A stretch of 61,949 bases of DNA, the filler included, from Dirinaria sp. TL-2023a (lineage: Eukaryota): NCBI GenBank assembly GCA_051941275.1. It is 6 parts of 6 records of this genome, joined end to end, with 100 filler letters (N's around TTAATTAATTAA, not from the genome) between each part and the next. Parts side by side here need not be neighbours in the genome. Positions count along the whole stretch, not along the records: positions 20,696 to 30,939 come from JAVEBF010000960.1; positions 31,040 to 41,279 come from JAVEBF010000961.1; 4 more parts are not named here. One strand, given 5' to 3'. A model generated the notes under the pieces. That model did not search any database and was not told the DNA's origin. It saw only the letters and a program-made list of their open reading frames with translations. Within the stretch, counting starts at the first letter, position 1, and every line of letters begins with the position of its first letter. Of the stretch, positions 24,444 to 38,195 are shown piece by piece. A program made the position numbers and the translations under genes.

Positions 24444-24572
24444 GAGTCCGTGGTGACCGTACTGGTAGTATTTCGTAGCAAGCAACAGAGAGAGAGGCTT
24501 TAGCTAAGAAAGAACCATCTTCCTCGTCAAACAATCATTTGTAGCAAAACATCTATTTGTAGCCAGCTCAAG

Positions 24573-25379
24573 ATGACATCCAAGACGATCGTCCTCATCA
24601 CAGGTGTGCATCTACATCACCAATTTTTATGGCTGTGAAGCAAGAAAGCTGACTAGGAACCAGGTGCCAACAGCGGCATTGGCTTTGACAGCAGCGCTGC
24701 TATCGCCGCTGCGTCGGCGGACTACCACGTCGTGATGGGCTCGCGGTCTCTAGAGAAAGGCCAGAAAGCCTTGTCGGAGCTTCAAGCAAGGAAACTTCCC
24801 GGCTCCCTGTCCTTAGTCCAGCTGGACGTCACCGACGAAGCCTCCATCTCGCAGGCCGTGCAATCCATCGCACACGACTTTGGCCGGCTGGACGTCCTCG
24901 TCAACAACGCTGGGATCGTCTCCAAAGCCCCCACGTTCAAAGCCGACCTTCGGGAAACGCTGGAGACGAACACCATCGCTCCTGCAGCGGTGACCGAGGC
25001 ATTCACGGACCTGCTGCTGAAGTCGGAAAAAGCACGCTTGATCTACGTGTCCAGCGACCTCGGCAGCTTGACTTTGAAACAGGATAAGTCATACAAGTAT
25101 CACGGTATCACGGCGGTTGCCTACCGCATGAGCAAAGCGGCTCTGAACATGCTCATGCTTTGTCACGAGGCGCAATTCGAGGGCAAGATTCGAGTCTTCG
25201 CGTTCAATCCAGGGTTTGTTGTCACTAATTTGACGGGGGAAGAGGACAGGCAAAGTAGGATCGACAGAGGGGCTGGAAGTTCTGAGGGCAGTGCGCAGAC
25301 TTTGCGGAGCATTGTGGTAGGAGAAAGGGATGCAGATGCTGGGCAATTCGTTGTGGCCGAAGGAGTTCTTCCTTGGTAG
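24573..25379 (+). CDS. Classical short-chain dehydrogenase/reductase (carbonyl reductase-like)
   Basis: Exons 24573-24603 and 24664-25379. Motifs TGANSGIG, LDVTD, LVNNAG, VSS, YRMSK (YxxxK), PGFVVT. Confidence 0.93.
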
Positions 25380-25678
25380 AGATCCATATATTAGAAATTG
25401 GGCTTTATAATCAATCTGAATCGTATTTTTCTAATACCATTGATCAAAGCCAATTTTGAGGTATGCAGGAAATTGCCGTCCAAAGCCTCTTTCGGAAAGC
25501 CATCGATTTGGGGGAATTCAAAGTTCTGCTGCTGCTCTTGTCAATCGTAAAAATCGATTTGCAAAAAAAGCGCGTAAATCAATTGCCATCAGCAATCTTT
25601 GATGAAGTGTTTGCTGGATGTCACCTATGCTAAGAACACTAAGCAGCCCGGCATTCCTATCCATACCACGTTTCGCGT

Positions 25679-26619
25679 TTAGTCCTTAGTCTTTTGTGTA
25701 CCACGAAGTAATCCTGTCCTCCGAGCTGCAATAAGACCGGCCTTTTGACCTTGTGCCGCATACCGGGAGATTGTTGAGGCTTTACCAATGTGCTGGTGGT
25801 TACCACCACCGTGAGGCTGGAAAAGGCAAATGTCAGCCTACAGTGCAAAGACAGAGAGCCCGAAAGCTTACATGATCAACAGGGTTCATCGCAACACCGC
25901 GAGTCTTTGGCCACGAGTTGCGCTTCACAGCAAACTTATGCTTCGCACGTGATGCCTCTGAACGTCCATGTTAGCCTTTTTGATATCGAGGCTGAGTGCT
26001 CTTGTGCAAAATACGTACTCAGCAATGGCTTGTCTGTACGTCCACCGCCTGCAACAATGCCAATCATGCCTCGAGCGCCACTCTTTATCACCTTCTTCGC
26101 ACCACTAGGTAGCTTGACTCTCGTCTTTCCCTCATCCGGATTGTGGCCAATGACAGTCACGTAGTTGCCAGAGGTTCTCCCAAGTACACCACGGTCACCA
26201 GCCTGCTCCTCCACATTCGTGACAACAGTACCTTCCGGTACTGACCCGAGGGGAAGAACGTTTCCAACGGTAAGGTTTGCGTTCTTGCCAGCGTAAATGA
26301 ATTGTCCAGTGTACATGCCTTCATTCGCGATAAAGGTTTCGGTATGGAGCTTAAACCGGTAGGGATCGCGGAAGCAGACTTTGGCAAGCGGTGCTCCTCG
26401 GCCGGGATCGTGGATGATTTCCTTGACCACGCCGCGGATGTAGCCATGTCTTTCAGAGAAATCGAGAGTCCGAAATCTGGCAGGAGCCTTATTGAGGCGA
26501 GTATGGGCCGCTGAGCATTTGGTGAGTCACTGTGCTGGCAGAGGCAATTTAACGGTGGCTATGGACTTACTGAATATAGACCCACGACCCTTCCTCTGAT
26601 TGCGGATCACTCTACCCAT
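25679..26619 (-). CDS. RPL2: 60S ribosomal protein uL2 (L2/L8)
   Basis: Exons 26619-26571, 26510-26019, 25957-25872, 25816-25679. [53 protein letters not shown]. Confidence 0.98.
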
Positions 26620-26628
26620 GGTGATCTA

Positions 26629-26696
26629 CTGTCGACTCACGTCAGCAAATGCTCGATCGATGCACTGCATCAATAGACGATTGCGATAGTTCGTAC
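26629..26696 (-). other. Probable 5'UTR intron of RPL2
   Basis: GTACGA donor, GCTGAC branch point and CAG(TAG) acceptor ending 9 nt before the ATG. Confidence 0.65.
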
Positions 26697-27992
26697 CAAT
26701 TCTGCGAGGGTGATGGGTGTTTGGATGATCGCTCATACGGATTTGAGGTATTGAGGCTTGTGGGCTTAGGAGTCGCTTAGCTGCTAGTTTGTCGCGCTAA
26801 TGCGGAGCCGCAATTTCCCGCCCACCTCCCTCGCTATCCCCAAACATCATCCTCCACGTTCTTTCGTGCAGTCTGTGTTGGACAGTCAAAAAATGTACCT
26901 CAGTCTTTGTCATAGAGCAGGGCCTGCACTCCGAATAGAGTGATGTATGGTCATCGAGGATGAGATGCGCGAAATCCATGCAAATATCGAGGTTTGACTT
27001 CATCTCCTTCCTCTATTCTGCACTCGTATCATTTGTGTACATTGGATTTAGATAACCTGATATTATGTGTTCTGAGCTCTTACAATTGATTATTTTGAAT
27101 TCTACGTATTTCTATGGTTCCACGCTAGTGCAGCAAGATATGGATGCGAGCTTCCTAGTGGTTTGTCAGGCAAGATGCGTCTGCTATCTCTATTCTCCAT
27201 GCGCGTTCCTCCCGGTGATGTGATATATACGGCGCTGTTACAAGTTTCCATAGAGTCGTGGGTCTGCACTGTTGTGGTGCAGCGATTCTTCTTGAATCAA
27301 AGCTTACTACTCTCCCAGCTCTTGAACAGGCCACTGTTTCAGCTCTGAGCATTTCACGGACCTTGGGAGATTAAGGCCACAATCATCGCAGAGATCCAGC
27401 GTTTGGACTGCGTCATGGGAACTCCTGAATGCGTGGACAGAATATCCGCTTTTCCCGAGCGCCGGTCGCAAAATTCTCGTTCCAAGGCCGAGGGGGGTCG
27501 CGCCCCAAATTCCTCGCTTGGACCTAGGGACCATCGCCACTTGTCCACCCCCAGACGATGAGGAAGCTCAAGCCCGAAGACGACAACACATCATCTTACT
27601 TAACTTGAGGGTTGGCAGATTACGGTACCATTCACAGCAGCGTCGTGGCCCGGCGGTGTCGGCGGGGCGTGCTCAGGGACATTGGAACCCCGCACAACCT
27701 CTACTACCGTGTATGATCGTTGGCGCTGCGGACACTAACAATGCAGGCTGCAAAGATTCAGTGGGAGGTGTTCAGCAATTCGGGCCTTGTGATGGAAATG
27801 ATTTACTGTGTATGAGTGCATGGAGATAATCCCTGGCACCATATAGAGACCTAATGAAGCTAGAACCTTACTTAACGCCGTAGCCGTCCTCTCGCTTGAC
27901 AGTAGTTCAGGCGTGTAATTTAGCTCATTTCAAAGTGATTCCTCTCTTCATATAATTCCTGCGCACCAAAGTTCCCGTAACTCCTCGCTAGA

Positions 27993-30112
27993 ATGTCTTC
28001 TTCAGGCCTTTCAGAACTATCTTCGCCATTGTCGACCGACGAAGAATTGGCAAACGCCCCAATTCGACCAGGCAGCCTTGAACACTATTTCAAAACTACC
28101 GCAGCAGCAGCAGCAAAGCAGGCGTCGCCGCCAGCGAAGAAAAAGCGGCCCCCTTCTCCACCACACGAATATGTCCTGGCAGACAATGCTGATATTGCTG
28201 TATGTCTGGTTATGTGCTAGATAACACGCGCAATGTTTGCCAGTATTGCGTTACTGACCATTGTGGCGAGCAGTTTATCGTCATGTTTCGGTCGCGCTTC
28301 AGCGACGCCTTCCCGAAATCGCTACCCCATTACGGACCACAAGATATTGAGCGAGGAGTAGTAGAGACTTTGCCAGGTGATCATGTGGAGAGGTTACTCT
28401 GCGCAATCATTGGTTTAGTGCTCAATCGCAAGAAAGACGTTGAGTGGGTCTCCCAACCAAACCCCGTCAAGCAGACCAAGAATTAGGCTTTCAATATTCT
28501 ATTGCAAATTGCACCAACCTCGGAATGAGCTGACCAACTTTCAGAAAAGGGCACTACCAACGTGCACTCGAGGAAGCCTTGCAAACACATGCCGCCCAGT
28601 GGCCGTCCGCATGGCAAGGGAAGAACCCCCTTCATGGCGGTGGAAATTTCAATAATATGAGTCCCGCTGAACGCGTATGGATCATTACACATATCACGAT
28701 TATGAAATTGGCTAAATCTGCTTCAGCTCACCCTCCTAAAAGCGCTGGTCATATGGTCACTGTCGTCTTCTGATGCTGTCCAATCGATTATCAAGGAGTC
28801 ATATAAGCAACAACGGCATGAAGACGATCTCAATCAACCTCTGTCTGTCCAGGCTTGGGGTCGAGATGGCGATAAACGCCGCTTCTGGTTAATTGAGGGG
28901 CAAGATGATACTCATTTCAGGCTTTATCGGGAAAGCAATCCTTTCCTGAAGCATAATACATGGCGAAGTGTTGCCGGGACTATCGACGAACTGAAAGAGG
29001 TTGCAAGCAAGCTAGATGAAGAGGGTACTCAGGCTGCGCGGAGACTGCGTGACCGTATCACAGCGGGCATACCAAGATTCGAAGCTTCTGAAGACGTAAT
29101 CTATATGAACCCAAAAGTAGTGAGTAGCATGGCTAATACTTATTAGAAACGGAAGCGTCGCGACTATCGCCTTGCTCGTAAAGCCCAATTCACTCGTCCA
29201 GAACCCGGATTTTCCCTTTATGAAGGCCGCACCCGCGGCAAGAGGATGAGATACACGTTTTCAGACGAGGATGAGGGAGACTCGGATCCGATGCACGCCA
29301 AACGTTCGAACCGGCATTCGGGAATATCGACCCCAGCAGAGCCGGCAGGGCCAATTTTCACGGCCAGTGGTCGACAAGTCAGGTCAAGGGTGGGTGGCGC
29401 CTACGGGCAATCACTCCTTAACGGCCAACAGGGGAACGATACACTACCAGCCGAGGAGGGAGCTGAAGGCGATCCTAGCGGAGAAGGGCAGCAGTACCCT
29501 GACCATCGCCCGCAACGGAGTGGATTGCGAAACGGCGTCGATCGCAGTGCTCGGCGTAGTCACACGAAAAGTTACAAGTCCTATGACGGTATAGGCGACG
29601 ATGGAGACGATAGCGACGCTCAGTCGAGCGGAGAGGAATGGGATGGTGGTGATGAAGAGGACGATGTCGAAGAAGACCAAATTCCAGATGACGATGACGA
29701 CGACGATGACGATGAAGATTTGGATATGTCCGACGATGGCACCGGTACTACTAAGGCCCTGAACCATTGGGCAGATGATAAACAGAGACAAAGTAGCCTC
29801 GTCGTCTCATTGAGATATCACCGCAAACCAAGCCCCCTTCCTCCCGGCGAAGTCTCAGGAGTACAAAACCTCCCGAACCCAGATAAAGCTCCTGCCCAAA
29901 CATCGCCAATAGATCCGACGATACCAAACCAGCAGACTCAGTCACAGCGATTATTGCACGCATTCCAGAACGCCACTCCTCATCAGCCAGACGAGAAGCC
30001 CTTGCAAGAGCCCCTGAAGAGCCCCTTCGGCGAGAACACAGTTGTCACGCAGGAGCTACCATCAGTTCCAGATCGACCTGCTTACGACAAGCCTATGCCC
30101 GACGCTGTATAG
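27993..30112 (+). CDS. Nuclear protein with WHIM/WSD-like motifs (putative ISWI-complex partner), acidic C-terminal region
   Basis: Exons 27993-28199, 28274-28443, 28545-28674, 28727-29095, 29147-30112 are in frame. Motifs MSPAERLTLLKALVIWSL, AWGRDGDKRRFWLIE, LYEGRTRGKRMRYT, and NLS-like KKKRP. The family name is from memory of these motifs. Confidence 0.75.
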
Positions 30113-30939
30113 GCTTTATATCCCATCATCAGCGAATAGAGTACTCAAAACTCAAGAGGAGAGAGGCTACAGTGCAGTGTAAGATCAGATATGTATGCGT
30201 GCTTGATGCACCCTTTTTGGTTTTTTTTTGGGCGGGGGGAGGGGATTGCGCATGCCTATACCCATACAGCATGTAGACTTGCGAGCGAAAATCTGAAAAG
30301 AACCATGTAAGACAGGGATTTTTTTGTAAGAGCTTGGTTGTCGCTGTCTGAGTAGTCCGCAGTAGCTGGAGTTTACACATTAGCAATTACAGAAACTCAT
30401 AGCTCCGAACCCTACGGTAATCGTCCAGGAGTTCTTACTCAGTCCCTTTCCTAGTTTGTTCATGGCGAATTTTTTTCCTTGTTTTGTATTTCATTGGCAT
30501 TCTTATTGTCATTTGCTCCGAATATCTCAAGCGAATTCCTGTTCTATATCTGATCCCCAAAAGTGGATAGATCTCTTTCCACAGCTTCCTTCATACCTAA
30601 TATAGTTATCTACTTACAAGGCTCACCAAATTCAAATATTATATCCCCCCCTCTTAAAAAAAGGCCCAAATCTTCCAACACCTTCCCCAACCAGACATAT
30701 AAATTCCCAGAAACGCCTGCTTCACTGCTGCCTCAAATGTTCCTTCCTACCTGAATGAAGCCTCTTCGTTGGTCGGTCGGGAAATAATAATTCTAAAGAA
30801 TACGGAACGGTCGTAGTTAGAAACGTGTTTCGTTTGGAATACCTTTGTGAACTTGATATGTAACCGGCTAAGCTAGAGCGGTGGTTTAAGGGATATGTTT
30901 ATGCTGCTGCTGCTCATTATTGAAAGAGAGAGGATACGC

Positions 30940-31039
30940 NNNNNNNNNNNNNNNNNNNNNNNNNNNNNNNNNNNNNNNNNNNNTTAATTAATTAANNNNN
31001 NNNNNNNNNNNNNNNNNNNNNNNNNNNNNNNNNNNNNNN
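30940..31039. other. Artificial contig-join spacer
   Basis: N44-TTAATTAATTAA-N44. Confidence 0.99.
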
Positions 31040-31309
31040 CCGGCCGATCCAAAGTCCCATCCTCAAGAACCATAACCCCCCTCTGCTGCCCTTCTTCAAA
31101 CTCTACCCCTTGCTCTCTCTCCTTTCCCCCCAGTATCATCATCTTCTTCCTCTTCAGCTCCCTCTTCAACCGCCACTTCCAAACCACAATCCGGCCCAAT
31201 TGCCAAATAATTCAAACGGTCGCTGCATCTCTGTCTGCCGCTGCTCGGATCTATACCCGCTTGGATAGCAGCTGCAGCTTGAAGCATGGGTGCGGGAAGT
31301 GCTACAACC

Positions 31310-31360
31310 TTGGTGTTGGTTTTGGGTTTGTGTCTGGTTGTGGTTGTGGTTGTGGTTGTA
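31310..31360. repeat. Degenerate (TGGTTG)n hexamer microsatellite
   Basis: tggtgttggttttgggtttgtgtctggttgtggttgtggttgtggttg. Confidence 0.7.
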
Positions 31361-33978
31361 GGTAGGTGGGGATATGAATCGAGGGGGAGGATGCTGGGAG
31401 CGCGGCAGTATTGCTGGCGGCGGCGGGGATGACACAACTTTTCTTTAATCCCTTTTGTCGTTTCTTACAGTATGTGTGATTTTGTATGTAAGGTACGGTA
31501 GGTAGGTAAAGTAAGGGAAAATATTATAGATGGAGAGACTGATAGGTGTGGCTGTAGATGGAGTTGACGATACGTTCATGCTTTCTTGTGGCATCTGAGA
31601 AGATTAAGGTATTTAGGTATCGCTGATATCAATGTTCATGTGCCAGTTTTAATTGATTTGTGGGATGGACACGGTCCGTCCTACCTTCATTTATTGCTGG
31701 AAAAGGATGGAAAAAGCCTTGTTGGCCTTGTGTACTCGTACAATGTATATAGCATTAGCTATATTCAAGATTCAAAAGAAATGAGAAAAATCCGCAAATG
31801 CAGAGTAAGCCTAGCATATCTTATCATAATAGCCGGATCTCATGTGTAGCTGCTGACTGTTAGCTGTGTTGAATCGATCCAAGACAGATAGTTCAAAATT
31901 CAGGTTCTTAAAAGCGTCGCAACATCAATTTATACGTCGATTTTCTCACAGTAAATCAATGATTGATATGTCTGGAGACGTCTGCATAGTTCTCTTGTAC
32001 AAATTTGTGAGCTATGAGCGTGATGATTCGCGGAAGAGGCAAAGCAGAAAAGTTCCGCGTGATGGTCAGAAACGTTACAGATGGATTCATCTGAAACGGA
32101 TATTGATGCTGGTACAGCTCAGTATGACAAATTTCGTCGCCCTAACTCAATTGTGGGCTGAGTCAAGGTGCAGTGCAAAGGAAGACAAGTAGAAGAATGA
32201 TTGCTGACAAATGGCGAGCAAAGCCTCTACATAGCCAACTTGTTTCATAAGGAGTCGCGTTACAAGGAGCATCCAGTTGTAAGGAGCCAATTCTGTCAGA
32301 GTACTGATACCTCATGACAATATCATATCGACGAGATGATGATGAACAGGTCTATCGAAGAAGAGCCATCGTCAATTCGACAAATCGTTGAAGCTGCCTG
32401 AGTCATCGTAAGAGCATCGAAAGAGCAATCACCCACTAACCAACATGCCGCTAGGCCAGGCAATATAACTCTTCCTTATAATGTATCATATTTTACCGAT
32501 CTAGTTTACCGATCTAGGACACGTACTTAATGCCATGACTTTTTTTTATTGGGAGTGTCGATTTATAGGGGTAATTGGCTTGGGAACTGCGACTCCTTTT
32601 GACGAAGATTTGCTGTACTACGGAATGAATGTCTGGGAGCACGCTTCTTCCCTTCCACGGGAAGTCATATAGACATAAAGTACCGGACAGGAGACTCTGG
32701 GGAAGCTGAAAGAGGAAAAGAAGGTGAAGCGGAGTAAGGGGCTTTTCCATGCTAAGCCCGTCCTGTCTAGCGGCCGGCTTCCAGTGGTTCTTGGCGCTTC
32801 TAGGAGGAAAGGAAAGGATAGGATACCCTTGCCAGCCCAGGTGCTAGATGATGCTTCTCATTTCCTCTCCTTAAGCAACATCGAAAAGCCTGCGGAGGCA
32901 TCCTCAGTCCTTATTGTGTGAAGGCTCGATAATCGACATTCAAAGGGTTGCAAATGCCAGTCGGTTGGGGATCTCGATAGTAACACGTCGCAAATTGGAC
33001 GCCTGGTTTAGAGCAACCCATCACCGACCGAGGTAGAAAAGGACGAACGTGCAGGAAACCGTCAGCATGAGATTGCATTGCAGCTCCCAACCAGCATAGC
33101 TATCCGTTCAATAGTCAGAACGGCAGCCTTACGTTGCAGAGCAGGACTCTGACTCTCATTGCACCTGTTATCTCTCAGCACCGCCTGCTGTCGCGCCTCC
33201 CATCGCTTCCGCCAGGACGTCGAGCGGAAAGCGGCTGCTCGACAAGAGAAGGAAGAGTCTTTACCTCTCTAGCTGCGGTCTCATAGGGAACTGGATTGTC
33301 GCCGCGTTTCTTAGTGTTTTCCCTCTGGATTATCGCGAATCCGCGAATTGCCTGGCCCGGTGCGTCCCATTTGGGGTATGCTCTTGCTCGCACACTGCTG
33401 AATCGGGCGCAATGACGAAGAGCTGAAGACGTTCGGAACATGGACAATTTCAGGCAAAGGTCCAGCCGTTTACTCACAGGTTGAAAAAAGGTTATAAAAT
33501 ACGAGAACGTAGCAAGGTCGTTGGAGTCGCACACCACACAAGCCGCCCAATCATACTCGGCGGAATCATACGTTCTCCTGCGCGGGTTTTGGGACAATCT
33601 CCATATTTGTATCGAGCGCGCATCCAGCGACTTGAGAAGGCTAACCTCACACCGACCGCCTCGTTCAATCGGAGCGCCGAAAGATTCCACATCTGCAGGC
33701 CAAGCAAGTATCAGGCTTTAGCGAGGCTGCATCTAGTGGTAGCGCTCGTTTGGTCGGTTTGACGGGTCAGCTTCGAGGAGACCCGCAGATATCACGTCCC
33801 AATCTAGCCAAAAGAACTTACTCCACCTTGTGCCCCAGCGCCAGCAGATTCCTCACCGTATTGGAAAGCAGCCGGCTATCGGTTTGCGGGCCGGTGTTGA
33901 TGCGCGCACAGTGCATTGCTTGTTCCTTGGTTGGAGCACTCGAGGTCTGTGACGATACGTTATTCTCTCTGTGTGACG

Positions 33979-36900
33979 ATGGCGACCCTGTCAAAGCCGC
34001 CGTCTCAACCACGTCAGACGTCGCGACCGAACTCTACTTCTTCGTCCTCGGTCATTACAGTGCAGCGCGCTGCATCTCTCAGCTCGAGAAATGGATCTCA
34101 CCCACCGCTCTCTGGACTAAGGTCGCAAAGCCCTAACGAAAACGCCGCTATACCCACACCGTTCTCCACACGAACCTTATCGCCTGAGCCGAATCGGAGA
34201 GCAAGTGCCATCTACCCACGATCAGACAGTGGACATGGAGTTAGAGAAGGGATCGGGAATTTAAACCGCTGGTCGCAATCGACTGTCTCAAGCAAGTCAT
34301 CCTCAACGCATAATAGAAGAAATAGTATCTCCAAAAGATTGTCGGAGTCGTTTAGTTCTTTTGGTGGTTTTGGAAGTGCGCAACAGTCACCTTCGCCAAA
34401 TGCACACGAAGGACCAAAAGCACGCCCACCACCAAGGCCAGGCCCAGAAGGCCCACCCAACAAGCGGCATCCAACCCAGCCGCCGCCTGTCTTGCCACCC
34501 ATCGTTACCCTCACATCACTTTCGCAAGCCGTCGATGCAGCAGATACCCCTTCTACGATTGCAACTATCACACCGGCGACTGCAGATCTGCTACCACCAG
34601 ATAAATATACATCAGGCGAGCCTGACTATTTTGGAGAAAGGTGGAAAGCGGGATCACCCTCAAGGCCAAAAGGCTCCGGGAAACGTAACCCTTCTGCGAC
34701 GTCGCCAAAAGCTAATCACACATCACCAAAACGCGTGCAGTTCGAAAATTCAAGCCCCCGGATTCCCCTCGCGCAGGCTTCAGAACCTGTGGTATCAGCG
34801 TATTCGGAACGAGGTGGTTATAAAATAGGACAGAAAGGCCGCCGGCGAACATCATATAGTGGGCATTCTCGAAATCGTGACGAACCGAGGCGAGGCAGCA
34901 GTGGCACTGAAGGCGAGAGCTCTGCGTCTCCGAATCGCGAATATCCCCCGAGGAACCACAGGCGGAAAACACCATCTCAGAAGGCGATGCTTTCCAAAGC
35001 GTTACAGAAGGCAAATCATGCTGTTCAGCTTGATAATGCTCAGAACTTCGAAGGGGCTATGGAGGCTTATGCGGACGCTTGCGCTTTATTGCAGCAAGTC
35101 ATGATGCGAAGCTCAGGGGACGACGATAGAAGAAAACTTGAGGCGGTTGTGAGTACTTACTGCACAATTCTTGGCACACTGAACTCATTACTCGAATTAG
35201 CGCAACACATACACCAATCGTATCACGGAATTGCGGAATACCGATCCAAGGCACCACAGCGCGGACGGCAAAGCTTTGCCCGATAAGCCAAGAGACAGGT
35301 CCTCCCAAGACTCGAAGGGAGAAGAGCCGCTATCGCCTCTAACGGACGAGGAAGACGATAATGTGCATATCAGTAATGCAACAACTACACGTATTACCGG
35401 CGGCCGACCTTATATTCCTGAAAGCCGTTACTCCCACTCCCGAGCAAGGGCTACTGTCCAACCTCCCCCAAGACGTCAATCGCTACAGCCCCCTAACGTG
35501 CGTAGTAGCGGCGCAACGGCGCGATCTACGAGAACGCAGCATGGGCAGGCACAACGCCATCGTTGGGCAGAGAACTCTTCAACCGATGGGATCGTTGAGC
35601 ATTCTGTGACTCTAGAGGCACCCCGATCTTTGAGCTACATGCCGGCACCACTGTCACCGCGTCGGCCAATTTCGCCATTACCGCCCCCTGAGGGTCAATT
35701 GCAGGCATCTGCAACCTCAGCATCATCTGTAACGGCAGGTGGAGAACGAGCCAAAGGCCATCACAATCGTCAAGACACTGCAGAATCCACATCTTGGCTC
35801 GATACCATCGATGAGTCTGGTGGTTCCTCGTCAACATCTTCGGTTCATTCCCGGAGTTCCTCGATCGGCTTGAGAAGGAAAAGAATTCGAGCTGCCAGTG
35901 GTGCCACACACGCTGATTTTGACGCAGCATTCGATGCGGCCGTAGAAGCAGCATATGATGATGGTTTCGAGCCGGTTGCCGATGAAAATGGAGACCTACA
36001 CCGCGATGAAGTCCTCGAAAGAGGACCATTCGGGCCAGACTTTATAACTGGTGCGAGGAGAAATCTGGAGCGGGCAAGAGGAGGCGCTGGTGGAGCTGAA
36101 GTTGAACCGGCTGTTGCGCTTGTGAACGAGCACTTAAAAAAACCGTTAGAAGACTTCCGACAATCAAGTGGTAGCATCGACCAAGAGTACGGTGATGATG
36201 AGGCAGAAGAAGAGGAGAGGCTTCTGGACGAACTCAGTAAAGACTACCTCCTCGATAGCTCGGACTACGATGACCAAGCCAAGTCGGCTTTGCCCCGTCA
36301 ATCCGACTCAAGTGGGTTTTCCGGAAGAACATGGGGTAGCTCGATCGGTTCAAATTTTGCATCTGCAGGCACCTCATCTTCGACTGTCGCTGAAACGTTA
36401 ATGCTCCCCGCCCTTGTTACGAAGCTCCAAGCAAAGCCACTTCCTCCTCCAGTTCATCCACCTCCTAAGGGCGCACTGCCCCCTCCACCACAAATGGCGC
36501 CTGGACCTGCTGCGGGCCCTCCTACAAACGGCACTGTTGCAAGACCAGCTAGTTTGGCCACAGCTCCAGGGGTCAGAGACCGAAGGCTCTCAGGCATGAA
36601 GGTTAAACAGTTGAAGATAGAAACCAACACCAAAGCTCCTCCAGCTCCAGAATCAGCGGCACCTAAATTACAGCCTTCATCGAATCCAGGATCCAGCCTG
36701 ACCCCTCAATCGATACCTGAACCTCCTCAGTCCGCGTTTGCAATGGTACAGTCACAAGAGGTATCATCAGATACAGATCCCAAAACCCATAGTTTAAGCA
36801 CAAGAGACATCGACAGCAGAAAAGGGTCTTCACCACAACCCACGCCAAGCCCAGCCGATGGTGATGGGACTCCGAACACTATACCAGCCACGCCAGCCCT

Positions 36901-38195
36901 CACGAAAGTCACTTCAGCAGATAGTTTTGAGAGCGTTCCATCCGTGCCGGACTCCCCCAACCGATTCAATGTGAAGGGTTCGACAGGTCCTCGAGGTCTC
37001 AAGAAGAACTTCTCCTCGTCAAGTCTTAAGAACAAGATACTTTCTGTATCTGTACCTGAACCTTCAGAGGTTTCACCCAACCCGCCGAATAGCAGCGGAT
37101 CATCAGTGAAACAACGTCGGTTTGCTTCCTCAGCTGCCCCTGGGCTGCCGCCTCCAACTGGAGCGAGCATTTTTGCCAGTGGTTTACCCGAGGATGATAT
37201 CCATGTCTTTGACAATGATATCCATTCTCCAACTAGCCCTGGATCCCCGAATCCTGCAGTGATAAATGCTCCTTTACCATTAGAGCCTTGCCCCGAGTCA
37301 TCATTATTGCGACCATTCTGGTTTCTCCGGTGTATCTATCAGACGATCGCGCACCCTAGGGGTGGATACGTCTCGAACAGACTCTTTGTGCCTCGGGATA
37401 TCTGGAAAGTTAAGACCACCAAGTTAAAAAGCGTGGAAGAGAAGGTATCCAGCTGTGACTTGCTGACGGCTACCTTGCTCAAGCTGGCCAAAGTTGATAC
37501 ACTTGATGCAGATTCCGTGCTGAAAGAGATGCAATTCTTAGAGGATGTAATGCGGCAAACCGAAGCCACGCTCTCGAAAAGGCTTGGCAGCGAAGTGGGT
37601 ACTGGGGGAGGGCCGTGGCTTTCCAAGGGTTCCAAAGGGCTTGATGATATCCATTCGACATCCGAGACATTGGTATCGAAAAGTACCAGCACGAGCACCA
37701 AATCGTCATACCTGTCTTCGTGGAAGAAACTGCGACCAAAGAACTCCTCAGCTCCCGGAAACGCTGCAGTTGCAGCAGTCGCTGCCTCCAAGGACGCTTC
37801 CAAAGATGTTTCGACCCTCAAATCTTTACCAATGACGACCGTGTCCCACCCCAAGTTCCCCAAACGAGACCTTAGCCAAATACACTACGGCGGCCCAAAC
37901 AGCAATTACATGGCGGCGCTCGCGAAGCTCTGTGATGCTGTGCAGGTTCTGGGTAAGTATTGCGACTCTGCTCCCAGATGATCACAGTGCGCTAAACGTG
38001 AATGCAGATCAGATCGCACGCCAAGTGGAAGATCCGGGGCTGAAGCATTCTTCGCAAACGCACGTCGGACTCGAGCTGAGCATGCAGCACGCGGCAGAGT
38101 TCTTCGGCCTTTTTGTCTGCCGATTTGTGCTCAACGATGTCAGCCTTATGCTTGACAAATTCATCAAGAGGAGTACTGAGTGGGTCAATTCATGA
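33979..38195 (+). CDS. Large MIT-domain protein, mostly disordered, with a conserved-looking helical C-terminal domain
   Basis: Exons 33979-35148, 35201-37952, 38008-38195. MIT-like ALQKANHAVQLDNAQNFEGAMEAYADACALL..KLEAVRNTYTNRITEL; C-terminal LRPFWFLRCIYQTIAHPRGGY. Confidence 0.85.

Noticed and set aside
21319..25379. Hydrolase plus SDR as a secondary-metabolite cluster
   Set aside because: No PKS, NRPS or terpene synthase is present; the MFS, bZIP and AKR genes lie on other contigs.
31096..31437. Minus-strand ORFs with poly-Thr or NH repeats
   Set aside because: They have non-ATG starts, are driven by a microsatellite, and sit at a contig edge.
32336..32401. ATGATGA..CTGA as a box C/D snoRNA; a similar TGATGA..CTGA occurs on the minus strand near 10960-11000
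   Set aside because: There is no convincing terminal stem or recognisable rRNA guide, and (GAT)n runs are common in this sequence.
32492..32517. 13-bp tandem duplication (others at 38986-39011 and 14668-14697)
   Set aside because: Two-copy slippage duplications with no spacers or cas genes; neither CRISPR nor an evident transposon footprint.
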